A stretch of 64,000 nucleotides of DNA from Setoptus koraiensis (GCA_048013815.1 CM106585.1:19964001-20028000), one strand, 5' to 3'. Numbered from the stretch's first letter, positions 23,875 to 37,676 are shown. The notes: a model not told the origin generated them from the sequence alone. A program made the numbers and translations.

Positions 23875-25212
23875 TTATTCGTATTCCTCATCTTCATCCC
23901 ACTGCTGGGTCTCTAAGCCGGGAATCATCATTTGCTCAGACGCTCTATTACCCGCTGAATCGGTGTAATATTGCTCTTCGCCTTTGCCTCCAGTTTGCAA
24001 ATTGTACTTGTCTGTCATCTTATCTCCAGGTCTGTTACGAGTCCAAAATTTGCAAGTATGATCGTTTGAACCTGTTGTTAAGATATGACCTAGAGGGTGC
24101 CAATCCAGACACCAAACCAGTGAATCATGAGCCTGACGAATAACACCAATCTCCTCTCCACTTCCGACATGCCAAAAGTAAATGTATCCGTCGGCTCCTC
24201 CGCTAGTGAAAAGGCCTTCATGGATCGGATGCCATTTCAGGCAACAGGACTCTTTCTTGTGGCCGCGAAAAACTTGACATTCTTGACTCATATTCCTTAT
24301 ATCGAATAATTTTATAAAGTGATCCCGGGACGCAGTTAGGAGCCAATTTCCGTTTTTGTTCCATTTGACATCCATGACAGCGTTTTTGTGGGCATGAATG
24401 GTCGCTAAACTTCTGCCGGTTCTGGCATCCCACAACTTGACGGGCTGCTGGTTGTCTTTACTACCCGAAACGACTATGGATTTGGTTGGATGCCAATCAA
24501 CGGCTTTAACGTCAGCTCCATGACCACGCAAAATGCATTCTTCGTGGTGTCGCATGAAATCCCAAACTCTCACTGTACTGTCATCTGAACATGTGACAAA
24601 TTTAACATCAGTTGGCGCAAAGCTAATACCTCGTACTGCCTCTTTATGTGCTTGAAACATTTTCACATTGTTCATATTTGATTGCCAATATTTGACATAA
24701 CCACCGTGATCTGCTGTCACCAACCAAGAGTCTTGATTACTCCAAACCATTGTTCTGACTGCCGAATTGTGAGCTTGAAGAATAGTTTCAAAGTTAAATG
24801 TGAGACCGTTCCATAGTGTCAATTCTCCTGATGAGGCACCTGTGATTAAGCGGCGACCTTCTGGCGTCCAGGCAAGACAAAAGATTGGACATCGCATTTT
24901 GTTTGTGGACGTCCGAACAAATTTGCTCGTCACGCATTCTACTGGATTGAGACGAGCTAACGGAGGGGAAATATTAATACCATAACCTATGTCTGGTTGG
25001 ATGAAGGGCCTTCTTCGGTGGATTCTGCTCTCTAAATGTTTAATAATGGAGGTGCTGTGATCAACAGTCTTTCTGGCAATGGCTTTACGTAGTCTCTTAC
25101 CATCGAATTCTGTGGCAGATTGTGGATTTTGTTGTTGTTGCTGTTGTTGTTGTTGATATCTGTTTGGTCCACCACTGTGATAACCATAGCTACCACTGCC
25201 TCCAGTGGCCAT
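23875..25212 (-). CDS. WDR33: pre-mRNA 3'-end processing protein WDR33 (Pfs2-like)
   Basis: 445-aa intronless [61 protein letters not shown], seven WD40 repeats, [10 protein letters not shown]. Confidence 0.95.
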   Translation of the reverse strand: MATGGSGSYGYHSGGPNRYQQQQQQQQQNPQSATEFDGKRLRKAIARKTVDHSTSIIKHLESRIHRRRPFIQPDIGYGINISPPLARLNPVECVTSKFVRTSTNKMRCPIFCLAWTPEGRRLITGASSGELTLWNGLTFNFETILQAHNSAVRTMVWSNQDSWLVTADHGGYVKYWQSNMNNVKMFQAHKEAVRGISFAPTDVKFVTCSDDSTVRVWDFMRHHEECILRGHGADVKAVDWHPTKSIVVSGSKDNQQPVKLWDARTGRSLATIHAHKNAVMDVKWNKNGNWLLTASRDHFIKLFDIRNMSQECQVFRGHKKESCCLKWHPIHEGLFTSGGADGYIYFWHVGSGEEIGVIRQAHDSLVWCLDWHPLGHILTTGSNDHTCKFWTRNRPGDKMTDKYNLQTGGKGEEQYYTDSAGNRASEQMMIPGLETQQWDEDEEYE

Positions 25213-25580
25213 CGTCTTGGAAGTTGCGAAACACGTCCAATAAATATGTTTAAATTAATATATGATAGAGGTCGATGGATGGATAGATGGATGGAGGCCG
25301 AATGCAACAATGAAGTCAGCTCGCGGCAGTCTATTGTTAGCCGTCACGGCACCAAAATAAACAACACATGTCTTCCTTGACGAAAGCGCGAAATTCGAAT
25401 GAAAAATTGTTTGAAAAATGGACCGCAACGGTGTGGAATTGGAAGGCGAATCACAAGTGACAGAAACAAGACCGACAATAATGTTTAATTCGTTAGAATG
25501 ATTGAGGTTACTTTTATTTCATTACTATTGAAATGAGCAGCTAGACAAAATTGATTAAAAGCTGACGACGCGCTATAAAA

Positions 25581-26036
25581 TTATTCATATAACCAAGCCT
25601 TCTGAGCTGGGGTCCAATCGACGATTTCCTCTGGTGTGAACCACAAGTTAATTTCTTTCTTAGCGTTCTCAACCGAGTCACTACCGTGAATGATGTTACG
25701 TCCGACTTCGATACAAAAGTCACCACGGATGGTGCCTGGCTTTGAGTCGGCAGGGTTGGTCTCGCCCAACATGACGCGTCCAGTTTTGACAGCGCCCTTG
25801 CCTTGCCATGCTGTGGCAAATACTGGCCCAGACAGCATGTACGAGATGAGGCCACGGAAAAATGGTTTGCTAGACAAATCAGCGTAGTGTTTCTCGAGTA
25901 GAACCTCGTTGGGCTGAACAAATTTGGCGGCCACCAATTTGAAGCCTTTGTCCTCAAATCGGCTTACGATTTTGCCAATTAGTCCACGCTGCACTCCATC
26001 CGGTTTGATCATGATGTATGTTAATTCGTCTGCCAT
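25581..26036 (-). CDS. awd: Nucleoside diphosphate kinase (NME1/2, awd-like)
   Basis: 151 aa. [43 protein letters not shown] with the catalytic His. Confidence 0.97.
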   Translation of the reverse strand: MADELTYIMIKPDGVQRGLIGKIVSRFEDKGFKLVAAKFVQPNEVLLEKHYADLSSKPFFRGLISYMLSGPVFATAWQGKGAVKTGRVMLGETNPADSKPGTIRGDFCIEVGRNIIHGSDSVENAKKEINLWFTPEEIVDWTPAQKAWLYE

Positions 26037-27016
26037 GTTGGTGATTTGTTTGAGGTTTACCTAACGACTTGGTTGAGGGGTGCGATATTGGCTCTAGAGT
26101 GAGATTGCGAGTATTAGACGACGTTGTAACTATAGGCACTTCTATTTATACTACTTGATCGTTTTTTATGTCCAACGCACCAACCCTATTACTCGATGAT
26201 TGCACTAACTCTTGACGCCGCTTACATGTACTGCGCTGATGCTCACGTAAAGATATGGCACAATGGTTGTGTCAGAAGCCACAGTCAGTCTGCATCGGCC
26301 ATACCCGATCGTCGCTGTGGCCTTGCAACGAACACGCCTCTTTGTCGTTGCGATACGTACGGGTAGCCGCGAGCGGGCTGCTGCGATGCATACAAATCTG
26401 CAAGAATCTGTAAGAAATTGGATGGACACGGGTAACCGCGCCCCCCACCCCCCCGGTGCCGCTGCCCACCCATGCGGCGCGGCGTGCGTGCGCCGCTACA
26501 GCGTGCTGCACAAAGGTTGGTGTGCATACCGGTACAAAGCGGTGAGCCGTTGTAACTAGACGAGCCAACATTGGTCGGTTGTAAAAAATGTCCGCACACA
26601 CACTGGTCCTGTGCCATCCATTCACAATGCGCCGGCAGCACAAACACGCTATTGGTGTGCGTTGCGCCCACATGAGTCGCCCAAGACGCCGCAATGGTAA
26701 TCTAGATTGCGGATTGCCGAGGATCTCAATGATTGCATAGTGGGGCTGGTCACATGGTGTAGACCTATATATTATTATATTATTATCAATTTCATCTTCA
26801 AATCTCATCATATACATGAGTCATTTAGTAGAGACATTATTAATCAATTTATTAGACGTTGATCTTAGTCAGTAATCATCATCACCATAGCGCCCTCAAC
26901 ACCACAAATTATTATTATTTTCAATAGGATTTATACAGTAAAACAATGATTTTAACCCCATCCACCTTGTATTCAACTCATCATTCCATCATCTCATCAC
27001 TGACTTTGTTATAATC

Positions 27017-29714
27017 ATGGCCACTATAACAGAATATTATCGAACAACCAAAACCCAGCCACCAATTGAAGGACAAAGCTCGACGTGCGCCCAAGAGAAA
27101 CTTTCACCTCCAATCATACCGGCACAAAGTCACGCAAGCAACAGGCTCAGCGATTGGGGCCTGCCAGCATTAGTAGTTAACTGGTTCAGGAAGCGTGGCA
27201 TTGTAGAGCTATTCGATTGGCAAGTTGAGTGTCTACTACAAGGCGATGTACTCAATGGCAAAAATTTGGTCTATTCGGCACCCACCAGTGCAGGTAAGAC
27301 TATGGTCGCAGACTTTCTCATATTAAAACAAGTTCTCGAAAGGAGACGCAAAGCACTTGTCATACAACCATTCATATCGGTGGCACGCGAAAAAGCTGCC
27401 TCGTTGAAGTCCATGCTGTGGAGTACCAAGGCTCGTGTGGGATCATTCTGCGGCACTCATTATACCCCAGGAGGACTTGCAGCCGTTAGTATCGCTGTTT
27501 GTACTATTGAAAAGGCCAACAATTTAATCAATAAGCTCATTCAAGATTCAGCCCTCTTCGACCTGGGAATAATAGTTGTTGATGAGCTTCACAATTTGGG
27601 TGACCCAAGTCGTGGATTCATGTTGGAACTATTACTAACAAAAGTATTATATTTTAATCTCAGCGTCGATGATTCCAGAAAAATACAAATAGTTGGACTC
27701 AGTGCCACATTACCAAATCTCCAATGTGTTGCCGATTGGATGCAGGCAAGTCTACACATAACAGACTTTAGGCCTATTCCTCTTGTTGAAAAAATAAAAT
27801 TTGGTTCGGATATTTATTTGGCCACGGACTATGTTTTACAATCCAACGAAGCAAAACCTGTTGCGAAAATTGATGCAAGCCTTTTTAAACTTGCCGAAGA
27901 CTCGGACAATATAGCACACTTGTGTTTAGAGACTATCTTAGATGGTCATTCTGTATTAGTTTTTTGCGAATCAAGACGTGAGTGTGAATTGCTTGCAGAC
28001 CTTGTCTCTCGCCAAATCAAATCTCTAGGTAATATGATTTCCAGTGGCGATCAACATTTAGCACAAATTTCGCTCAAGTTGAGGAGCAGTATCTCATCGG
28101 AAAATGTCATGGGAGTCTTACAAAAACTGCGCACATGTCCTGCTGGTCTAGATCAAGAGCTCAAAAGACCGTTACAATTCGGAGTGGCTTTTCATCACGC
28201 TGGTCTCACTAGTGAGGAACGTGAAATTATTGAAGACTCTTTTAGAAATTGTGCAATACGAGTTCTTATGGCTACGTCAACTCTCTCATCAGGAGTCAAT
28301 TTGCCAGCACGTCGTGTGATCATTAAGACTCCCATGTTCCTTGGACAACAACTAAATCCAATGGTTTATCGTCAGATGATAGGTCGAGCCGGAAGAAAAG
28401 GTGTTGATACAGCTGGAGAAAGTATTTTAGTTTGTCGATCAAAGGAAGAAAAAGCCGGTACAAATCTCATTGCTAGCTCCATCATGCCAATAAGATCCTG
28501 TCTTGGGGAAAGATTTATGGGAGCTTCGGCAGAAGGAGTTCTATCAAACAGTCTAAAAAAAGCCTTGTTGGAAGTGATAGCAAATAACACCGCTAGAACA
28601 CGAACTCAGATTGATCAATATTTAAACTCCTCTTTTTGGTTTTCCAGCTCTACACAGGCCGAGAAAAAGTCTTACATGAGCTCCGTAACAGAAGTCCTTG
28701 CGTATCTTTCCATGAGGGGTTTTATAGAGGAGCTAAGACAAGGTGTTTACAAGCCAACACGGCTGGGTAATGCAGTTCTCGCATCTGGCTTGTCACCAGA
28801 AGAAGCATTGGAGCTAGTACAAGATCTCACTAGAGCTAGAGAGGGCTTCTGTCTTGTGAATGATCTGCACATTATATACCAGGTAACACCAAACGATTTA
28901 GCAAGACAGCAAGATATCAAAGATTGGATGCATTATTTCGAAATGTGGAGTTCTCTTAATGAGATTTGTCAGTATGTTGGTCGACGAGTTGGAATAGATG
29001 AAAGCGTCATAGCTAGAAGGAGTCGGGGTTTGATGTCATCCATTGGTGAAGACAAAGAGAGAATATACAGAAGATTTAGAGTTGCATTAGCTCTAAATGA
29101 CATCATCAATGAAGTGCCTCTCCTCAAGGTTGTACAAAAATATCGCATAACTCGAGCTAATCTCCAAACTGCCCAAAGATCAACAGCTCAATTTGCCGGA
29201 GTTATGTCAAAATTCTGTTTAGAGTTGGGTTATGACAACATAGCAGCTCTAATGTCGCCCCTGGAACCACGCTTAAACTTTTCCTGCCAGAGAGATTTAT
29301 TAGACCTCGTTCGTTTAAATGTTTCACGTCCGATTGCAAGATGTTTATTTGAAAGTGGTTACAAGAATGTGATTTCAGTAGCAAGAGGCGATGTCCTTGA
29401 TATCGAGTTTGCATTGCATCAGTCGCGCCCGTACAATAAAGAAAAAGACACCTCATTCAAAGGAGAGCGCCCTAGGAGTGAAATAATCAAAGCGCAATTG
29501 AAAACAAAAGATAGCGACTTCATATGGGTGCCAGAGTTAGCTAAAACATTGTCGATTATTGAGTATGCTCAACTTATAGTTGAAAATGCACGTAGTTTGG
29601 TTGAGATTGAGTTGGATGTTAGCACCAACATTAGCAGCAAAAGAAAAGAATCTGAAGAAGCTGATGTGAGCTCAAAGAAAGAACGTTTGGAGAACCCCTC
29701 AAATGATCAACAAG
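27017..29714 (+). CDS. POLQ: DNA polymerase theta, exon 1 (SF2 helicase-like domain); the unspliced ORF runs to 29728
   Basis: APTSAGKT (Walker A), DELH, FHHAGL, ATSTLSSGVNLPARRV, QMIGRAGR. Candidate donor AAG|GTAATT at 29714/29715 (phase 1). Confidence 0.88.
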
Positions 29715-30100
29715 GTAATTCGACTTGAGTCAAGTAAACTCGTTCATTTCTCTGTGCCAAGCGATACGCTGCAAGAACTGCATAATGCATGTTGTGATAT
29801 GATTGAACACTAATTTATATACTTATATAGGATCAAACAAATTTACATATTCAAATAGCATGGTTGGATATTTCCAACAATTGATCTCACGAACTACGCC
29901 ACATGTGCTGAATTATTATTATTATACTAAAAGAAACATGTACTGCAGGTTTCTTCGAGAACTAAACAATAAATAACCTACTCCCATTGAGCATCATATT
30001 TACTGAAAGTTGAAGCCTCATAAGTCAATCTAATCACTACATCTCTATTCTCTTTATTACTTTTATTTCATCTGTATTTAAATGGGCTTCCGAAAATCAG

Positions 30101-32319
30101 CAGGAACAAGTCGACACACGGCACAAACAGGTAAAGGGACAAAGAGAGATACATCGTTGACATCTCTTGATGATTCTGACCCATCTTTGAATAACTCCGA
30201 TCAACAGACTGATGCGGACGAATCGAATTATAGCAAGGAGAGACTCACAGTGAAACACATTGGACACGATACTCGATTGATGAATGAGTTTCTAAAAAAA
30301 TGGTCGACCCATTCCAGCGTAAGTCTTTTGATGAAGTTGGACTCTCATCAAGTCAACAATCCAATTGGACAGTCTGTCGCCAAAAAACATAGAAAAAGAG
30401 ACAGGAAAAATCGAAATCCAAATGATAGCACTTCAACAGACAGTGGCCAGGAAGAAGGTTTACCGCTCAAGCTTGAGATAGATAATCAGAGGCACATACT
30501 CACTCATTTGTATGCGAGTTTTGAGTCTGTTCCCACTGTCTACGTGGTCGATACAACGGATGGGCTCGAGATGATTCAGAACAATCTGAAAAAAATTCTA
30601 GGTAAACCAGCCTTGATATGCGGGAAAAATGTGACAAACCGTCAATTGAAACTTTACACATTGGATATAGTTACCACATATAAAGTTCTATATGCCGCCT
30701 TCGGATTAGATCAAGCCACCCTGAGCTCTTGTATCGAGTGGCATGGTTTCGACGTTGCATGGTGGATGATAAACAACTGCCCTTTGAGAGACTACAGAAA
30801 CAACAATTTCTCCATCAGCAGCATCATAGGAACCGAATATGCAGCAGAATATCAGCATCTACTGAAAGCGGAGCCAGCCACAAACAAGAGAAAAGGCAAA
30901 TCAGTGAAAAACTTCGATATAATAGCGGCTAAAACAGCAATCTTGGAGCCTCTAATTGAGGACTTGCGCTCTGAATTAGAAAATCGTCATCAAACAAATG
31001 CCTATGCAGATGTAGAGATTCCTTGTAGAAAAACAATGGCCTACATGATGGTTCACGGTATGGGAATAGATCTGAAAGCCATGAGTGAACAACTACGATT
31101 ATATGAAGAGCTACAAGGCCAAATGAATGATCTAGCAAAAGAATTATACTCGACTTCAAACCAACGCCTTTTGTTGACCAGTCCCCGAGATGTTGCTCGT
31201 GTTATGTTTCAAGAGTTGGACCTCAAAAAACATCTATCCGACCATACTACCAATGTCAGTCTAAACAAGGATAGTACATGTTCTGAGGTTCTCAAAATTC
31301 TATCTAAGTATCACCCATTTCCGAAACTTGTTCAGGATTTTAGAAAGATATCGAAAGCAATTGAAGCTATGCAAGCAGTTGGAACGCACTGTCGTGAGGA
31401 TGGAGAGTTGCGAATGACGAGAGTGTTCGGAACATGTGACTTCTGGCAACTCACCGGGCGCATATCTATGCACTCGCCAGATTTATTCTTAATCAATAGA
31501 AACTTTGAAGTGACCTTACCTAAGCATGACAGCAAGGAACAGGAAGTGATATCGTGCGCCCCTCGCAAGTGTTTCATACCATATGATGATTGGGTGCTCG
31601 TGTCAGCAGATTATTCTCAATTAGAACTTCGCTTGCTTGCTCACTTTTCGGGTGACGAAAATCTGCTTGGAATACTCAATCAAGATATAGAAAATCGAAA
31701 TGCTGATGTTTTCAGAATAGTGGCCTCGCAAATATATCAAATAGATCTAGAGGCTGTAACAGTGGATGAAAGACAGCACGCCAAACAGATTTGTTACGGA
31801 ATCATCTACGGCATGGGCATCAGATCTCTTGCCATTAAACTAGGAGTAACAGTAGAAGAGGCAGAGGTTTTTAGTGAGAAATTTCACAAGGCATTCCCCA
31901 CTATCAAGAAATACACACAAGAGCTGATAGAAGAATGCGAAGAGCTGGGATACGTCGAATCGCTGATGGGTCGACGGCGCGTCATTGACGGAATAAAATC
32001 GGAGGAATCAAAGATCCGATCTAAAGCGGAAAGGGTTACAATCAATACCCGAATACAATCAAGTGCCTCGGACATAATCAAAATGGCCATGAATAAAATT
32101 GATCAACACATAATGGAAAGATATTACGACAAAGCTAGATTAGTTTTGGAGATGCACGACGAATTAATTTACGAAGTTTGTCCCTCATTGTCGGACAAAT
32201 TCTCTCGATCAATTAAGCACACTATGGAATCACTACCATTGCTCGAATCAATGCGAGTAAAACTTCTAGTCAACCTGAAAATGGGCCAAAATTGGGCCGA
32301 TTTAGAGGCAATTCACTAA
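30101..32319 (+). CDS. POLQ: DNA polymerase theta, exon 2 (family A polymerase); the stand-alone ORF starts at 30082
   Basis: SADYSQLELRLLAH (motif A), KQICYGIIYGMG (motif B), EMHDELIYE (motif C). Tandem acceptor TCAG|CAG| at 30100/30103, both in phase with the exon 1 donor. Branch-like TCTAATC near 30029, then a pyrimidine-rich AG-free zone. Confidence 0.88.
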
Positions 32320-33291
32320 ATCACAGCACACTTAATCAACACAATTGATTGAAGGTTCTAAACCTATGTTTAGGACATTATCAAGCACCTAGCACTTTAA
32401 TATTGCACCCACACAACTGATTGAAATTGATTGCACAAATACGTAAACATATGATTACACATAGACACATAGACATGCTTCATCAGCAGTCTTATATCTT
32501 ATCAACTTTTAATTAGCGCATATAATCAACTTTTATAGCCTTACATAATCCTCATAAAAATGCACCATTATGCCGACTTGAGACAAATAAATATAGATAG
32601 AAACATACATTGAGTCACCTGTCGTTTTTTCACCTGTTGTTACTTGCTATATATATTGCTCTTTATTCTTTTAGCTTGGCAGTGCGCATGCGCCACTGTG
32701 TCATGTTCGATTTGATTGGAGTGACCAATGAACTGGCAAAATTCGAAGCTGGATTCGAAATTCTTTTCGAATGTTCGACTGTTCGAATGTTCGAATGTGT
32801 GTGTTCGTTGTACGATAGGCGGAGCTTGCCAGTTGCCAGCTTGGTGGTTCTATTTTCGTTCGTGTGTAATTTTTGCTTCTTTTGGCGAGTCAAGTTCAAT
32901 GTCAATGTCAATCTCAATCTCACTTCAGTGCACATGTTGTGACGAGAACGACGATACTGCCGCCATTCGAATAGCTGCAATTCGATTAAAGAATAAACAT
33001 AAATTTAAAAGAAAAAATCCTCAAATCAAACAAGTGCGAAATGAATTGAATTGAAATGACCAACAAACATAATGATCATCGACAGCGACAGTGCCAACGC
33101 GAGCAAGGTGACATGACAACAATTATTCCGATGACAATCATACAGATGACAATTATACAGATAAGAAGCAGCATACAGCAGATAGCAGCAGCAGCAGCAT
33201 CAATTAGCGGATAAGCAGCAGTGGTTAGCGTCACCAACTAGAGATCATAATCAGAATAGATTAATTCAAATCCATCATCGTCACTGACACA

Positions 33292-33844
33292 ATGATGTTG
33301 GCGCTAGTGATATTAATTGTGCAATTTGTGTTTGATAAATCAGGTCTCATTGTGATAGCGCCATTAATAATGTTTGGCGGGGCCAGTGTGGCCATGCAGC
33401 AGGCAGCCCCATCTTACGGGCTCAATGGGGCCAGTGGAGCCAATGGGGCCCCACTGACATCGACGGCCCACGACAGAAGCAACGGCTTTTACTCTCGCGA
33501 TAGTTTCATCAACAACAGCATTCACAATCACAACGAACAGCAAATCGATTTGCAGCAGCAGCAACCGATGATCGCCTGCAATAACGGTTTTCTAACATTT
33601 GAATTGACCACGGGCTTCATTTATACGCCCTCGTCCGCCGAGACACTGTCCATGCTGCCGGGCACATTGCAACTGACCGAATGTCTCAACTATTGCCTCA
33701 AGAATAGCTCGTGCCAAGCAGTGAATTTCGAAATGGGCCTGTGTGTCTTATTGTCGTCGTCGGCGCAACAAAATCCGGCCAGTTTGTTGTCGTCACAATT
33801 TCCCGTTTTCACCATATACGCAGAGAAGCTGTGTCTACTGTCAG
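33292..33844 (+). CDS. PAN/Apple + ZP-domain apical ECM protein (Neyo/Nyobe/Morpheyus/Trynity family), exon 1: signal peptide + PAN-1
   Basis: Hydrophobic N-terminus. CNNGFLTFELTTG...ECLNYCLKNSSCQAVNFEMGLCVL...SQFPVFTIYAEKLCL. Donor CAG|GTAAGC at 33844/33845, phase 1. Confidence 0.88.
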
Positions 33845-36374
33845 GTAAGCCAATCACTATTAGTCATTAATAAGTCATAATTGTTATTGTCCGACTGAAT
33901 AATTGTCGCCAGCTAATAATTGTTGCACAATGCAAATAATATTTGTTGCACAATGCAAATAATATTTGTTGGACATTGCAACTGTACAATTGTTGCGCAA
34001 TTACGGCCGCTCTGGCCTCGTCTTGAGATGCGATTTGCTCCTGTCGCGCTGTCGCGCCAGAGAGAATGTTGCCAGAGTTGGCATTGGCAACATTGGCAAA
34101 CTGTGCTGTTTTGCATATTGGCATTTGCTTATTTATTTGCCCCGTTTTTATTTATTAAGCGCCAGCGCAAAACTGTGATCGCGCCAAAACTGGCCAAGAG
34201 CTGCGTTATATTTGCATATATTATATAACATGTTATATAACATATGCAAATATACGTAACGTTTAGCCAGTTGGAAGTGCATTGTTTGCTGGACAGACTG
34301 GACAGATAATTAGTCAGCAACGGGCAGCTGTGTCGAGCGGAAGTGCACTCATGCAAGTTGCTCGTTTCGCGTCTGGCTTTTGTCTGCCGGCCAGCGGACG
34401 ATAATTCGGACCGCTCATTCAAACGATGATAGGACGGTGCTGATTGAACGGACGGCGATCTAGACCGGGGCACGATCAAGCGATCGGGCACGTTTTCGGC
34501 CGGCGCCATCGGCCCGAGCATCGGGCATCGGCGAGCTTGTGTCCGGCGATGCGATTTTGCGGCAAAAAACAAGCGCCGATCAGCGGTTCATGTGTGCGCT
34601 TGTGGCTGCGCTGTGATTTGTCGATCGACGTCAGGAACTGGCGCTGGCCAGCACAAGTTGCCGTGCAAGATGTTATGTAATCGACTATTAACTGATATAT
34701 ACCCAGCAGCCCGAATTTGTTGTTGTTTGCTGCCACACAAGCTCCACTGACACTGCTGGCCTAAACTGCCGGCAGGCAGCGTCTCGGCCAGCGGCAACTG
34801 CAAATAGCTTATCATAGCTTATCATCGTCATATTACGTAACGCAATATGATGATGATAAGATTGGCTGTTGTTTCGTCTCTCGTTGCATACGCTGCTGCA
34901 TTGTGCGCATAGACAATAAACAATCTGCAATTTGCAAACTGTCTAGGCAGAGTCGTGTCGCTCGGCCGGCCGGCCGGTGCTGTCATCGTGCGCCGTTGTT
35001 GACTGGCTGTGATCGACACACTCGGCCAGTCGACAACGGACAGTCGCTCGGACGCAACAACAAACATGACGCAAAAACATGGCCAGACAGCAAACAACAG
35101 CAACAACAACAATCGCCAGTTGGGCGCCATTGTTGGCCGGAGCCGGCCAGCGAGCTCCTGTTAGCGCCGGCGCGGTTTCTATGTCAAGTGCGAGCGGGCT
35201 ATTTTTTAGCCGGCGGCCCATTATCGGCATGCATGTCGGTCGGCCGCTCGCCCGTCACCGTGACGTACGGCGAGCGCGGTGACTTATGCTGATGCGGCGG
35301 ACACACATGACAACCGGCAACGAACGGCAACAACGGGCAACAACCGGCAACAACGGGCAACAAATCGCCGGACGCAAACAATGGCCGCGGCGACATGTCA
35401 GCGGCGCCCACAGCAACATACGTACGCCCGCTCATTTGGCGCCGCGCTGGCCCGCCGTGGGCAACTGCGGCCAAATGCGCCAAGTGCGGCAAATCGGCGT
35501 CGTGGTCGACGGTGTCACGGCGCCGTTGCGCAACCGATGTTTAACTAAGCGCTGTCAGCGCTCTGTTTGCCTCGCTGCAGTTCCGGTTGCGGCATGACGC
35601 AACCGCAGCAGCGGCACTGTTGCGTCATTGCGCAACAGTGCGCCTATTACGACATTGGGCAGTATGGCCGCATATTGCGCAATATCCGATTGACGGGCGC
35701 ATGATGTGCGGACAGGTGGTCCGGCGGTCGCTGTGTGTCCCCGAAACAGGGACGCGCGTTGTTGTGTCCGCGCTGTCCGACGGCAAATAATGTCAGCGTC
35801 GGTCGGCCGCCGAAGAGCTGGGCGCCAGCATGACGCAGACAGGTTGCTGTTGTCGTGCCCATGACAGGCGGCCATTGTTGAGCCCGTCGACAGTTATCTC
35901 GGGCGAAATAATAATAATTTGCTGTCCGATGGCCGCCGCTGTCCGCTCACGGCCGCTGTCCGTTGTCCGCTCATATCCGCTGTCCGCTCACGGCCGCCGG
36001 CCGCTCGCCAGTGTGCGCCGGACACTGCTGGCCAGACGGTCCGTCTGACACGAACAAAGGCTGTCGACAATGGCCGCCGTCGCTCATCATCGGCCGCTCA
36101 TCAGCAGCGGCCGATGACGACGAGTGTGTGTTTGTATACTGTAGTATTACACACATATTACATCATACACATTACGTCATGTACATCAGGTGTATTTATA
36201 ATATATAATAGCTTGTAATGCGCATGTACATGTGTCATGTATAATGCGATGCGATGGGCAAATATTTGCATCGACAGCGCGTCACACACACTGACCGTGA
36301 TTGCGGCCACCATTGTTGCCGCTCGCAATCGTCAGCCGCTGGTCGGCGGCTGATTGGGCCGGAATCGGCCCAAT

Positions 36375-36512
36375 CAGCTGACTGTCGAAACATCAGCTGA
36401 CTGTCGAAACGTCGGCTGATTGTCGAAACATCAGCTGACTGTCGAAACGTCGGCTGATTGTCAAAACGTCGGCTGATTGTCATAACATCAGCTGATTGTC
36501 AAAACATGAGCT
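36375..36512. repeat. 19-bp minisatellite (CAGCTGACTGTCGAAACAT) about x7
   Basis: Direct inspection, in ZP intron 1. Confidence 0.9.
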
Positions 36513-37077
36513 GTTGGCTGCCGACAGCAGCCTGAGCAATACTCGCCGTGCAGCAGTGCGCCGGGCTGCAATGCAACAGGAAGCGACAGCCGATATAATA
36601 TCGGCTGTCGCGGTATTGATTGTCGGCGATATTGATATTCTGACAGCGCTGCCTGTCAGCGGCTGTCCGTTTAGTTGTTGCAGCTAGTCGCTCGGGCGGC
36701 TCGCTTCGGCGGCTCGCTCGGGCCGGTCAGCCCGGTCGAGCTGCCGGTCAGCCCGGTCGGGCGACCGAGGCCGCCGACACAATGGCCGCTTTATCGCGCC
36801 AAAATTAATCATCGGTCCGCAGTGGTCAGCCGGCCAAGAGTGCGAGCCGGCCGACAGTGTGAGCCGGCATGAGAGGGGCAGCTCGTTATCGCCGTCGTTA
36901 TTATCATTATCATTTTGATGCCGTGCTCGTCCGCGACTCTCGGCCGGCGATTCGCGAGTCGCTCGAGTCGAGCGGCCATCCCCGAGTGGCGAGATCGATG
37001 GCTCGCCGGGCTCGCACTGGCGGTGCTTGCGCCGGCGGTCATTGGCATGATTTAATTGAAATGCCGGCCGGCCCGGC

Positions 37078-37170
37078 GAGCCGAAACGACGATAACAACG
37101 AGCCGAAGCGATGATAACAACGAGCCAAAGCGATGATAACAACGAGCCGAAATGATGATAATAATGATAG
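37078..37170. repeat. About 22-bp minisatellite (GAGCCGAAGCGATGATAACAAC) about x4
   Basis: Direct inspection. Confidence 0.8.
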
Positions 37171-37676
37171 AAATGATAATAATGGCGCTGTCCGCTCGCA
37201 GCCGCTGTCGGCCGTCATCGCGCGCAACAATCGTTGCGCCGTCAGCCGCGGATAATAGATACGTCAGGAATTATAATAATGCAACAATAACAACAACAAG
37301 TGCCCATTACAAGGCGCATGATTAGTAAAACAATAATCAACGCCTGGCATGAACGGTAATCGAGCGCCGGCAACAATTGCGTGTCGCTGCGGCCGTCGCC
37401 TTGACCGGCCCTGGCGAGCCCGACTTTGCGCCGCTATTGCTGGCTTATTATTTGCGGAAATGGCCGCGCTGACCATTGCCGGGCACACGATTGTGGCCTG
37501 TCGAGCGGCCACTCGAGTGGCCACAATCGACAACAATCGCGCCAACAGTTGGGGTGATAATTGAGCCTCATAAATCTTAACTAGCCGCTTAAATAATCGC
37601 ACAAACACTCATTAGCTGGCCAACAGCAGCGCCGGATTGGATGCAGTTGGCGAGATGCGCCATTCTCTGTTGGCAT

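Noticed and set aside
32744-32800. TTCGAA repeats as a heat-shock element
   Set aside because: Only two correctly spaced nGAAn units. Better described as an 8-bp tandem repeat.
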